Below are positions 22,994 through 34,957 of a stretch of DNA of 35,748 nt, piece after piece. Within the stretch, counting starts at the first letter, position 1. Every line of letters begins with the position of its first letter. The stretch is from the NCBI GenBank assembly GCA_000934665.2, contig KZ538225.1, positions 62,001 through 97,748 on the forward strand, in the 5' to 3' direction. The position numbers and the translations under genes were made by a program. The DNA is from Catajapyx aquilonaris. Taxonomy: Eukaryota. The notes under the pieces were generated by a model. That model ran no database searches and was not told where the DNA came from. It saw nothing but the letters and a program-made list of their open reading frames with translations.

Positions 22994-24429
22994 TACAGCA
23001 AACAAGAGATACAGCACAAAGGTATTGGGGAGCAATTTTTTCATATCAACATAAGGAACATAAAGCTGAAATATTCTTCCTTTTAATTTTTATAGCATGG
23101 ACAAATAATGCCCAACTTTTCTAGCGATACATCTGTCATTAAAACAGACACGATGTTCCATTTAATACCCCCTTTTTGAAGGGTTGTCACATGGTGGAAA
23201 ACACATTGCACAATCATAAATGTCATTAAATATTACCTGACGTGAACAATATGCAACAAAAAATTATTACGTATATACTAATGCCATAAAAATGATATAA
23301 AATGGAATTAATTTGAGACTTATGCCACCTTCCGTAGTTATTTTAAACTGGAAAATTGTTGAATATTTGCAACATTCTGACCCCCTTGTCCCAGCTCATG
23401 GACACTGTTTTGCAACTTGTTAGCAGGAACTCTCAAATACCATTTCCACCAAAAATGGTATGAACCATACACCATAAGTATCGTGAAAATTACCTATCTT
23501 GCTAGCATGTTAAATTTTTAACTTAACTACTTTATTATACTTTTATAATGCTGATGTTCCACAGATTTAGTACCTGCCCTGTATAACTTTAGCAAATCCT
23601 AAGTTCAAGGCAAATTAAAAATATAATACCATTTCCTGGGAAGCCCCAGATGAAGCATTTACGAAACATTGCATTACCTGACACGCCAGAAACCCTGCCT
23701 GTAGATAAATGTTGTTCATCTTACAGGTGTAGAATACAGGTTGCCCATATGCTTATGTGTGCAGCTGTTTCCATGTACTACTAAAAACAAGCTGTATCAT
23801 ACGTCAACTACTATACATGCTACACTTCTTTCTTTTAAATTAATTTTAAACTCTTCTCTACTAGCATATCCACAGGAAATGCATTAAAGTCAGCCATCAT
23901 CATGTACAGTTTAGCAGGATATTCAGCTACATGTCTGCATATAAAACCATTGTTGCGCAGATAATTTTCAGAGAGTACTGTTATGCCTCAACTGCAACCA
24001 TTATTAGGAACTGCACCCTACAGCTAGCCTGAATATGCTTCAACACATTTACAAATTGAGGGGAAGGGGGGAGTTTAAGGTCCCACTGGCAAATAGATAA
24101 GAATGTTCTAGAGTTTTATCACTATGCAGACATTATCCAGAACAACCATTTGGCTGTTAAGAACTCTGGCGCATATACATATGCTTCAAAATTGTGCTCC
24201 CAAGCCCTCACTCGCCTCGTACCTAATGCAGTCACCATAATTTTACTCTGTGGGCCAGTCTGCACTGTGCTCTTGCATCCAACCCTGTTCTCCAACCTCT
24301 GCTGCCGTTACGTCGCAAGGTCAGGGAAGGCCCCAGCACCCATACAACGGCCTCCCAACCTCCTCGGTCATCCTCACCTCATCCAGCGGTCAGTTATCAT
24401 TCATTATTTCGCAATCTGAAGCAACTCAT

Positions 24430-25460
24430 CCGCCATCTTGAAAGCGCTTTTTCAACCATCCCCGAATTCTCACGTACTCGACCTCGTTCTCTCTCATCCC
24501 TCACTCACCCCAAGGGCGGCCTGCCCCTTGCCCTAGGCCCTCCCTGTACTTCGCTCCCTCCTTACACTTACGTTGACGGATCTAATCCTATTGAGGATCT
24601 CCCAAATGATGTCCACGTTGGGCTCGGGAACTGGGAAGGCCTCCGATCGAAAATCCTACGCAACACAAGACGCAGGCCTCTCAAAGGTTCACGCCAGGCG
24701 GCACCACCTACGATGCAGCCGCCTAAACGCTCACTACGCATGCGCCTATCCGACACCCAATCACCATGTTGCCGGACTTTATTCAAAACACTGCAGTTTT
24801 TAACCTGATTAGTGATTACACAGTAAATATTAATAATTTTAAATTAATTACAGTGTGTGCTGTTGCTCAGCATATGCAGCTGCCATGTTTACTTTAATGG
24901 TGTATGTAAGTTACCTAGCAACTACTTTTAGGCAGAATCGGCTCCCTGGAATCGGTTTAATTACAATTAAAAATTAACTGCCAGTCTGCGCGTTTTGCAG
25001 CCGAACTGCAGTGCCACCTGGTGGGATTCCAACTTGCGGTATTGGCTGGTAGATGGCGCGTGCGTGTTTCCGCGCGACGCACAGGTTTTGCAGTGACAAA
25101 AAAAAAGGGGGGTGGCGGTAACCAATGAGACGTCGACGTAAAGAACACGAGGGAACACGACAGTGGAGCTTAGTCGACGGCTGGAGGTCATAAGACCACT
25201 CGTGCTTTCACAGTGTCCTCCTTTATTTTTTTGTAGAAAACTATACAAATATTATACATCCACTCTCGCTTCCTCATTCCCAGCGGTTTGATACCAGCCG
25301 CACACAAAAAAAAAAACTCTCCCACAAATATTTATCGCTTTCGCTCGATGCAGCCTTTTCGGATAGTGCCAACAGTACGTACAGCGCCAGAAGACAGTTG
25401 TGAAAAACCACTTTCGCGAGTGGTGGTCCACGCGTGACCTATATCATCCAGCCAGCCAAG
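24430..25460. promoter_or_regulatory. Divergent (bidirectional) promoter region
   Basis: CpG-enriched; YY1/Pho-type CCGCCATCTT 24430-24439; NRF-1/Ewg-type ACGCATGCGC 24736-24745; CCAAT at 24757 and 25122, ATTGG at 25041; CTCF-like TAGATGGCGC 25050-25059; lies between two head-to-head genes. Confidence 0.55.
24572..24720 (-). other. Probable non-coding first exon of the minus-strand transcript (5' end approximate)
   Basis: CpG-rich segment just downstream of the promoter motifs, ending at donor AAC/GTAAGT (24571). Further donor-like sites near 24508 and 24222 suggest alternative leaders. Confidence 0.45.
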
Positions 25461-25530
25461 ATGACATCGGTGGATAAGTTGATGTCCATGGGGAATTGCA
25501 CAGAACCTGAGCCGTGGATGCCATCGACAG
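25461..25530 (+). CDS. PAQR4: PAQR4-like exon 1 (MTSVDKLMSMGNCTEPEPWMPST)
   Basis: CAAG-ATG start, donor CAG/GTCAGT at 25531; 75-nt intron with a strong T-tract; alternative start at ATG 25608. Confidence 0.65.
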
Positions 25531-28500
25531 GTCAGTACCACATACGGTACCAATTTGCAGAAAAAAGGACTAAAATTTTACATTTCTTTATTTTTTTTTC
25601 GAAAGGGATGGAAGTGAAGCGGGAAGAGGACCAAAATGATGTGAAGGAGGAGAAGGTGGACACAGACCAATCAAATAAGTCGAACGGTGACATCGAGAGC
25701 CGTAGTCTGCTCCATTACAAACAAGTGCCCAACTACCTGCAGTTCAATCCGTACATATACAAGGGATACAGGCCCCAACTCACCTTCTGGGGGTGTATCA
25801 ACAGCCTATTTTACTTCCACAACGAGAGCATCAACATCCTCACACATGGTCAGTATGGTATTACGTGAAGTCCAAATGACATCATTGTTGTCATTCTAAA
25901 AAGTGACTGTAACAATAAATGGTCATTAATCGCCTGCCCGGTATGTCAGTGCCAAACATCGGTTGATAAATATTGTTCTAGTACCTGTTTTAGTATAGAT
26001 TTACGACTGTATACAGTTTGAGCACATCGTTTGTTTCAACTTCCTTGCATGATACTCTTTTTTTAATTCTCCGGAACCACTGGGCGGGTTCTAACCAATC
26101 TAGATTCAGGCCAATTGCCTGCTAAAAATCGACTTTAGTGCGCTATTTATATGCAGTTTCAAAACTGGAGACAACACAATCTATACCAGTCCAAGGAATA
26201 ATTGATAACATGAAACTCCACTTTAATTTTCTTCAGACATACAGTATGACCTTCAGTGACGTATCCCATTACGAAATACTGTAAAATCAATGATGGACAT
26301 CACGTCCATTTTTTTGTGGCAAGGAGTGCAGTATTTTCGGCCAAAGGTCGCATATTCTTATACAATATTCGCCACAACGAAGTAATTAAACGCATAAAAA
26401 AGCACCATCTTTAATTATTTTGCCTTTTGGCGTGCTAAAAACGCAGATTTCCAACTCGATAAATGAACCCGAAATTTCTGAGTACAAACGTAGAAAAAGA
26501 TCGTATCCTGCCGAAAGTCTCACGACAAAAATGAATCTTGCATGCAATAATGGGAAGGAATGAAGCAACATCCGAAAGAAGGACACACAGCCCAAAATTG
26601 CAGTATATCGCTGCATTATTGCAATCACTTTTTGGTTGAATAAATAATGTGTGTCTATGCAGGAAGGTGCAGTGTGTCAGAGATAAAAATCCGGAAGCGT
26701 TTGCTCAATTGTATTGATCCGGCAGCCTGGGTGTTGCATAATGGAGTCGTTATCATTCCTGACTATTTGCATGGAGACGACGATACAAACAGTTGATTAT
26801 GTCTGACTTCGCACGTGCTTAAACTCTAATAAACATGACCAGACACTGGTCCTGCTGTCCAAGTCCTGCGCCAGTATTAAAATAGACGCGTTACGTCGTA
26901 TACCTACACTCAACTTTTTCATAGGCACAGCTTATTACAAGTTCAGTCCACGTAATCGTAGTCACAAGCCCAAATCTAATTGTAGTGTCGCGAGAGGATC
27001 CAAGAAGTGGCGACAATTGACGCAAATGGGACAGCATATTCGGCGGATTCTTTTCGCACAAGTGCGATCAATAGATATGAAGTATTAAAATTGCGTACAG
27101 TACGTGCCTTCTGTATGTATTGACCTGATTGTCACATGGGAGTAGGTGGTGAATCTTTAACAGCTTATGGTTGTTTCCTTGGTGACTTACTGGCCTTTGG
27201 CCATAACTTGCCTATTCCCAGCAGGGGCTCATATGTGTAAAGGCCATATTTCGGGGTGGGCTTAATTTTGGGAAAAAGTCCAGCCTGCACTCCCCCCCCC
27301 CNCCCCCCCCCCCTCCAGCTAGTATCGATTCTAGGGGGAATGATGCTGGGCGCACAAGCCTCCCTTTCAGGACCAGCTGGGATGAGTCCGAATAGGGATT
27401 GAAAACGGAAACTCATACATAATACAGTATGTACAAAAATTCCCAAAGAGATTTCAAAACGGATTTTGTAAACATGAGATTTCACATCAGACATCATCAC
27501 AAGGCCGCGTGTAAGAGGCGTTCAAGCTTCAAAGGCTAGTCTATGAAGTGAGATAAGTTTGGTTTAGATATGTCATTCAGGTCTGGTAAAATGATAGATA
27601 TTCGCCCATGTGCACTGGACGTGCTCCATTCACAGTAGTTATGCCACCGCTTATTTTGAAAATTCAAATGTTTGAATATAGAGTCGGTTTGTAGCTTTGC
27701 CTATAGACCTTAGAGCGTGGCTTTGCCTGAGTTTTATCTGATGTGATAAAAATATGTTGCGATTACAGCAACGGCTACGAGAAATAAAAGGGGAACGACA
27801 CCCAATGGCCCTAAACAACGTTATACTCATGAGGATACGGACATAAAAATTCTCCTAATAATAGTTACTAGATCTGATAAGAGCCCTCAATGTGGTCATC
27901 AAGGATGCTGTGTATGACCTTTCTCCACCGATGGGGAAGCCGTTGAATGCGATTTCCTTTGTGACCATAGTTGATACCAGCCATGCTAACTGCTTGGTGC
28001 AGTTCAGATATTACTTTACAGGCATTGGCTCTTTTATTTATTTTATTTTTGTATCATGATACCCTTTGCTATGCTCACATAATATTATGGTAACAGAAAT
28101 AATTCTGGCAAAGTGACAAAAATTCTTACTGTTCATTACCCTACAGATTAAGATATGCGCAACGACCTTTGTTTCCAACCCAGCCACCGAATATAGCGAA
28201 AAGTACCCCTAAAACGAGTTTGGCATCCAATAAGGATGCTCCTTTTCCGGCAATAGCGAAATTTGGCAAACAGGACCTTGGCCCGTGTGCCGGATCCTAA
28301 ACGTGACGTAATACAAAATAATGTAGGGTGGGTGGGGTTATAGTAGTGGGGAAGGTACGGGGTGCGGTTGGGGACGGGGGAGGGTTGTAGCGATCGAACT
28401 AAGTCTGCTTCCCGGTCTCTGCAATGCAGGGCGGGAAAAAAAGATAATCTGTATTTTCATCTGGCTGGTTACGATAACATTATTGGCTGCTTCCTACCTA

Positions 28501-31224
28501 ACCACGTCGGATTAAAGACGTCAGAGAGCACCTTTTGTAACGTGCAGGCGGCCACTCCCTTTGATGATTATGTCACGCCAGTTTTTACGGCGGTCCTCAA
28601 CCGGAAGAGTGGACCTTGGGTCATTGGGGGTCCTCAATGTCTATTTCACTTGACGTGGACGTTGATCGATTGCTGGAGTGTGATGTAAGCCTGCGCGCTA
28701 GGCAACCACCATGCGTGTATTACGGGTGGCCTTACTTCCAGGATAAAACTGCACGTGGTCAAGGCGACATGTCTGCTGAAACGAAACAATCAGTGCAACG
28801 ATTTGTTGACTATGATGACAGTGCTATTGGCATGTCCTGGCTTGTCGATAAGATCACATGGGTGACAAATGGCCTTCTGTAACACTGCAGGATCGGAATG
28901 AGTCAATTAGTTTATAGTTAGACCAGTAGTGAGTTGAACGAATGAATGATTCGGGTTTAATGGTGCGAAAGGGGGCCAGCGCTACATGTGAATTGATCAC
29001 GACGGACGTAAGCGCGGTTACAAATGGCGTAATAGGCAATATCCCGAAGAATGCAATCCCGAGGGATTACCGGCTCTATTGGCGAATAGATACTATTATA
29101 GGCGCTTAACCAATTGGAGGAGCTTTCCAGGCGAGGATGTAATAAAAGAAGCGTCATAGATTTTTGATGATTTGTGACTATTAGATATTCTTCCCGAGGG
29201 ATTATCGTAGCAGACGTTTTAGCCTCCCCCTCCCCCCTTTATACTGGCCTGGATCGATAGCCAGCTGGCTCTGGAGGACTGGAGTTAACCTTCGACTTTC
29301 TTTCCACCCCCACACCCACCTCCTGCCTCTGCGCACACCTCCACCCATCTGCCACAAGCAATTTTTTGTGGTCAGAAAGCAAGTTGCATGACAGATATGG
29401 GCGGAACCGCCAATATACCTCAGCCAAATTAATAAAGATTTTTGGGATGCGGTCCTGGCTTGTACCATTTTCAGGGCTGCCCATCATGTACATTGTGTGG
29501 CATATACCGGCCATGCTTCCCTGGAGGGACCTCAGGGTGCCGCTGGGACTCTTCCTGCCCGTGAGCCATGTGGCAGCTACACTCAGCCCCTGGGTTGGAA
29601 GTGTCACATACCACCTCTTTATGAACCACAGGGAAGGAGCTTCGATCTACTACCGCCTCCTGCAGCTGGACATGCTTGGAATATGGGTCACGCAGAGCTT
29701 TGGTGGGTGACCTGCCATGATTATATGAAAAAGGTTACCTTGCTCCAAATTACAAGTGCTCCAATATCGATGCAACCTTTCAAGACACTGCATGCTCCAG
29801 TGCCTGCAAGTGTGCTGGCATTCAGCAGCCTTTGTCCCAGATGAAGGACTCCTAAACGTCTACGTTTTGTTTTATCAGACATTACCAACTCTCATTAGAG
29901 AGATTTACTGTTGTTAATAGCACTAAAAGCTTGTAAACAGCTGCAGTGGATTGTGCGGGGGTTGCATAAATTGCAGTGCAATATCCTTGGAGCAAATGTG
30001 GTCATAAAGCACTACTATTAATCTTCCTTAATGTTTTACATAACATTGCGGACCATTGGGTTGATCCTGGATCATAAAGGGAAAAACCGTCAGTATTGTT
30101 TTCACATGCAATGGTACTATCGGGTTCAAATACTTTTGGCCACTTTATCCTGGTCGATATCCTGGTCTTGAAGCAATCCTTCACACACACACACACCTCT
30201 TAACATGGGGTCTGTGCAAAGGGTTGCTTCAAGACAAGGATAAAGTGGTCAAAAGTATTTGAACCCAATAGTACATACATAACTGTCATGGAACATCAAA
30301 TTTTGGTAGCATAACATGACAAATCACATTGTGCTTATCCTAGTTCAGAAATCTTATCCTGCTGTATGCAGTACCTTATTGTACTATAGTACTAAGGAGT
30401 GTTATAACAGCAGTTGAATGTAAGAGTCAAAATAATTATTGCATTTGCAAAGGCACTTCATGAGATACTGAGCCATGACTAGCAACTGTTAATGTTTTCT
30501 CACTATATGGTAACTGTACAATACCTTTTTCCAACTATACACTGCATACCATTGGGAAGTTATATCATCAATAGAATATGACAACTCAGTATGGCATTGC
30601 CATGTGTTCATTTCATCTCATTCCCAGAAACAATTTTACTCTAGTGTCGTTCCTGTCTTAACACTGGACTTGCTCTTTCCAGGTGCACTGACCACTATAT
30701 GGGCAGCATCATATTGTTTGCCCACCTCTATACAGGTCACGGCCATTCTCTGCTATTGCTGTGTCTCCGTATGGGGCCTTTTCAAAGTAAGTCATGTGCC
30801 CTTGTCATTAAGTAACATATTCTGACTTTACCTTGCCCTTTAGGCCCTAACAGCATGGTCACCTTGGGAGAGGCGCATGTGCTTTGCTCTCCCGTTCATC
30901 ATGCGGGTGGCCATGTTCCTCCTCCGGATTTCACCCTACGGAGGTGGCCACCCGGATTCTCTTATGCACGTGATCCTGCAGGATACTGTCTCTGTTATTG
31001 GAGGTGTGATTGGGGCAGTCCGGGTTCCTGAAAAGTGGCTCCCAGGAAAACTGGACTGGCTGGGCAACTCGCATCATCTGATGCATGTGTTGGTAGTGAT
31101 GGCAGTAGGCCACATGCATGTCGCCACCTCCAGGGACTTGGTGTGGATGTCACAGCAGGCAGGAAAGTGCACATGGCACGGAGGTGCTGCTCCAGGGGTT
31201 GTAGGGATGAGGGACGAATTCTAA
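25461..31224 (+). CDS. PAQR4: Progestin and adipoQ receptor family member 4-like (HlyIII/CREST 7-TM protein), 5 exons, 341 aa
   Basis: join(25461..25530,25606..25848,29475..29702,30683..30786,30844..31224) = 1026 nt, all GT-AG, phases 1,1,1,0. PAQR motifs PxYLQFNPYIxxGYR, HNESINILTH, SVTYHLF, QLDMLG, PEKWLPGKLDWLGNSHHLMH; the QFNPYI and FGAL segments resemble PAQR4. Confidence 0.92.
25606..25848 (+). CDS. PAQR4: PAQR4-like exon 2
   Basis: Acceptor TTTTTTTTTCGAAAG; MEVKREEDQ...VPNYLQFNPYIYKGYRP...FHNESINILTH; donor G/GTCAGT at 25849. Confidence 0.93.
29475..29702 (+). CDS. PAQR4: PAQR4-like exon 3
   Basis: Acceptor CCATTTTCAG; LPIMYIVW...GSVTYHLFMNH...LLQLDMLGIWVTQSF; donor G/GTGGGT at 29703. 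Confidence 0.93.
30117..30271. mobile_element. Near-palindromic MITE in PAQR4 intron 3
   Basis: TA flanks; arms CTATCGGGTTCAAATACTTTTGGCCACTTTATCCT and AGGATAAAGTGGTCAAAAGTATTTGAACCCAATAG are near-perfect reverse complements; inner GTCTTGAAGCAA/TTGCTTCAAGAC also pair; TATCCTGGTC is duplicated in the left arm only. Confidence 0.85.
30683..30786 (+). CDS. PAQR4: PAQR4-like exon 4
   Basis: Acceptor CTCTTTCCAG; ALTTIWAASYCLP...VWGLFK; donor AAA/GTAAGT at 30787. Confidence 0.92.
30844..31224 (+). CDS. PAQR4: PAQR4-like exon 5 (terminal)
   Basis: 57-nt intron, acceptor CCCTTTAG; ALTAWSPWERRMCF...VPEKWLPGKLDWLGNSHHLMH...GMRDEF-TAA. Confidence 0.93.
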   Translation, partial: ALTAWSPWERRMCFALPFIMRVAMFLLRISPYGGGHPDSLMHVILQDTVSVIGGVIGAVRVPEKWLPGKLDWLGNSHHLMHVLVVMAVGHMHVATSRDLVWMSQQAGKCTWHGGAAPGVVGMRDEF

Positions 31225-32701
31225 CAAGCAGCTTCCTGACAAACAGTAGCTCCTCAAAATATTAACCATGTTGCCCACCCTACATGACATCCAGTCCAAA
31301 AATCCTTAGTCCTATTTGAAAATTTCAGGCTACTGATGCAGCGCCATAGCTTAAGCCAGTTTCACAAACATCAGCTTGCCCAACTTTGTGTGAGCAAAAA
31401 GCCCATCACTGGTGTACTTTCATGCAATAGAATGAGAGCTGGCCTTTCACTCTGATTTTTGCCTATTTTCTGAGTAACTGCCACACAAATGTACTGCAAG
31501 ACAGGTGTTGTGAAACTGCCTTTAGATTTTTGGTCAATGAAGCTGACCTGCGCTGCTTTTGTGTGGTGGCAATTATCTTCATATATGCACTGGTCTGTGT
31601 TGGGCCAGTCCTCCTTACCACAAATTCCATTTCACACTTGCTGTTACCAATTGAGAGGTTCATGAAAGGCACCTGTTTTCCAATCGCATGGCCTGGCCAG
31701 CCAACTAAGTCACACGCACGGCTCAGCCATCAACCTGTCAATCACAAATCATGTGCAATGACAGAAATGTATCAAGCCTTTCATCAGCCTTTCAGTTAGC
31801 TTATTCATGCAACTATTTTCACATCTAAAAGTTTAGAGAATTCACTTTATTTTGTGACTGAAACTACTGGTTTTACCCTATAAGTAGAGAGGGCGAGTGA
31901 GAAAGAGAGAGTAATAATTCAGCAATAAGTGGATAACATGACTAAGTTATGCAGCACCCTCGTAATAAGAGGTATAGAGTATTAAAGTTGAATATAGGAC
32001 AAGCATTGAAATGCACAACCTGTAGTCGAGTGGTTAATTTTCAGGTGACCACCAAGCAATAATAAGAACTCGTGTCATCCACTTAGCAAATACATTCTAG
32101 TCACACTGGTTCCTTCGTGCTTTATTTTAGGTGTCCCTCCCCAAATTGTGTGAAAGCTGTAATGTAAGGGGAGGGTGGCACACTCCTTCCCCTTCAATTG
32201 TGTCTTAAAAATTTAGTGACGGGTGCTCTGTAAAGATCCTATTGGTCGTGTGACAACATGTTTAAGGCTTCCTATTTTACGATTATTTTAGATTTCTTCT
32301 TTGGAAATTTCTTCAGTGGAGCAAAAGCATGCAAAAGCCCAAGTAACAAAAAAGAGCTCTATGCAATACAAATTGCTGAGTGAAACACAGCAATAATCAG
32401 TCATGAGATAGACTCCATTGATGCAAGTTCTCTTGTCCATGTCTCCAAATTTACCTTTCACTTTCCTAATACATGTTGTAGTACCAAAAAATTTTAATAC
32501 ATTTGCAGCATCTGCCTCCCATTTTACAACACTGGTGTTGCTCTCTGCATATACACAAATAATTTATAGTGAAGGTGTGTATCTTCTGTCATTTTTTCAT
32601 GAAAACTTATTTTTGTTTTGTCAGTCTAAGTCATTGTACACATATCATTTCCGACTGCATATTATTTAAATCACATGAGTGTGTGTGGGAATATAAAGTC
32701 T

Positions 32702-32707
32702 AATAAA
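32702..32707 (+). promoter_or_regulatory. Candidate polyadenylation signal for PAQR4 (another at 32939-32944)
   Basis: AATAAA ~1.5 kb after the stop, followed by T-rich sequence; motif only. Confidence 0.3.
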
Positions 32708-33675
32708 TCCTCCTTTGGAAAGTATTATAGTTATACACATTTTTGCTGTTGTTTTTCATGGAGATAAAAAGGGCCCCTATTGTTCTCACTTATGTCAGTT
32801 TTAAAATAATGAGTCAGATTTTTTTACCCCCAACACAGGATCAAATGGTAAATTTAATTGCTACATTATATCATGTACATACCTCTTCTCCACTCACTTC
32901 CAACATTTGTGGCAACTCCCTCCAAACAATATATCAATAATAAACTTTGCAGCGAATGCAACAATCGATTACATATCATAATCCACTCTGTACTTCAAAA
33001 CTGAAAGTACAGAATACAATACCCACTTCTGGTGGCTCTCCATATAACAAAAAAAACAACCAAAAACAAAAAAAAATAGCAAGTTGTATATTTTATACAT
33101 CAGGAACATTTACTGCTTTTCACGTATGCCATGTTTGTTCCTTACTGGACACAATTGAAAAATGAAACCTGACCTCTTCATTCATTTCCTACCCCTGAGG
33201 CAGACTTTGGTCCAAAACCAAAGCCTCTCACAATCATCTGAGAAAATGACTCTGTGCCAGAAAAAACAGCATAGTTTTGCGACAGCAACACATCAACTAA
33301 TAACTATAACACCCCAAAGAAAGAGGAAGAAATACCTTTTGATGAGCACGAACATCAGTTACTGTGCCCTCAACAGTAATGAAAACTTTGTACATTGTTT
33401 AGTTTCAATAGAAATGGTACGCTATCCACGCAATGATGTCCGTGACCTCTCTATTATGCATTCATTTAAAAACAATATCATCCTTCCTACTAGTAATCAA
33501 AATAGAATGACTTTATGTTATGGTCAGGGGTATTAAAAGTGGGGGAAAAATCACACTCCTTATATCCAGTCTTCGTAATCACATTTCTGACCTGCAGAAG
33601 AAGAATACAATGAATGACTGTAGCACTGCTGCAGTTATTCCAAAGTCAATTCAGCAACAGTAATATTATTCTTAA

Positions 33676-33930
33676 GGGGGCCGGATACCAAAGTCTCCCG
33701 CCAGTTTTCAGCCCGCTTCGAGCCAAAATNACTAACCTCATTCAAGAGGACACTCAGACTCTGCTGTGTAGCTCCTGACCCTCGAGAACCAGAAGGGAGG
33801 GAACTTGTTATTAACCAGGTCAAAGGTAGAAGAGGTTTCCTGCCCATTTCGGTACTTCGTGTATATGGTGTAGTGCAACCAATTCAGCTGCCAATGCGGC
33901 CGATGACGAAGGGCACGGATCTCCAAGCCC
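33676..33930. mobile_element. Possible small TTAA-flanked non-autonomous DNA element
   Basis: GC-richer island bounded by TTAA|GGG...CCC|TTAA; TIR similarity beyond GGG is weak and an N lies inside (33730). Confidence 0.3.
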
Positions 33931-34194
33931 TTAAACATAATATATTGAAATTTAATCCAGTGTAATCTGTACAGAGTGGAATAGCTACATTCATGAAACT
34001 TTCCCAGAACAGAGAAGATCTTTTGGAAAAACATATCATTTGGTGCATTTGAGTAGGATGTATGTGCCATTTTAAACTTCATAATATGGATTGCACATGA
34101 AAATGGCACTATTTTCAATACTACCAAGTTGCTGATACCCCATGGTACGCTCCCTACATTGTTGCTTTAGGTGTGCTAAAAGGAATGTTCTGAG

Positions 34195-34533
34195 GGGAGG
34201 TGGAGTGGCACTGTGGTAACTTACGCATCCACAGATGGAAGGGTCCCAGGTTCAATCCCTAGGCCGGGCATTCCCCCCTTTCATCTCTTGCGGGGTTTGG
34301 GGTCGTCTTTGGCTTTGCCTTGGGTGGGACTTCCGCTATTGGTTAGACTAACCACCCACGGGAACTCACAAACGACAATGCACAGACTGCACACTGCACA
34401 TCCCCTCCCTGTCACCTCGCACCAGAACCAGGGTGTCAAAAACGTTGGATGTTCCATGTTAACAAATCCCCTTCCTCCCTAAGAGGGCCGCGCCTTATCA
34501 CGGGGTATTAAAAAATAATTTTAAAAATAAAAT
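34195..34533 (+). mobile_element. Full-length tRNA-derived SINE with target-site duplication
   Basis: A box TGGCACTGTGG 34206-34216, B box GGTTCAATCCC 34249-34259, A/T-rich tail, identical 12-bp direct repeat GAATGTTCTGAG at 34183-34194 and 34534-34545. Confidence 0.9.
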
Positions 34534-34542
34534 GAATGTTCT

Positions 34543-34561
34543 GAGAGAGAGAGAGAGAGAG
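34543..34561. repeat. (GA)n microsatellite
   Basis: Run of about 9 GA units adjoining the SINE's right TSD. Confidence 0.9.
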
Positions 34562-34587
34562 CAGCCCTCGTTACAATGTGATTTTAA

Positions 34588-34957
34588 AGAGCGCTTACAC
34601 GTGGAAACTTTATCATATGATCTGATCGCAGGCCGATTTCTGCCAACTTAAAATACACTGGAAAAATAGGAAGCTGGAGATCGATCTAAAAACCATCCAA
34701 ACGCCTCCAACCTGGCTGACGATCCGACTTCAGGTCCGTCGGAAACTAAAAAGTTTTGCCCTCTTGACCTTTCTAGTATGACCAACTTGGATGACATCTT
34801 AAACTCAACGGACCCCATCTTGAAAGTTGAACGGGTTGCCCGGTTGGTCGCCAGGTTGATCATATTATGTGATCTGATCATATATATATGATCGTTAGGT
34901 TCCGGGTTGGTCATAGGATTGGATCGTATGATAAAGTTTCCACATGTACACGTCCCT
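34588..34957. mobile_element. MITE, PIF/Harbinger-like, ~370 bp
   Basis: ~35-bp TIRs: AGAGCGCTTACACGTGGAAACTTTATCATATGATC versus reverse complement of right end AGGGACGTGTACATGTGGAAACTTTATCATACGATC; flanked by TAA / TTA (TWA-type target). Confidence 0.8.

Noticed and set aside
22724..23044. 106-aa minus-strand ORF
   Set aside because: Lies mostly within the MITE and has no transposase motifs.
26340..28175. Partial inverted similarity CAAAGGTCG..CATATTCTTA / TAAGATATG..CGACCTTTG in PAQR4 intron 2
   Set aside because: Gapped, short, no TSD or transposase; probably TE debris but cannot be delimited.
20131..33730. Single Ns at 20142, 27302 and 33730, two inside poly-C runs
   Set aside because: Assembly joins; run lengths unreliable, so no G-quadruplex or repeat claim.
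34195..34270. tRNA gene
   Set aside because: A/B boxes present but no cloverleaf; followed by SINE body, tail and TSD.
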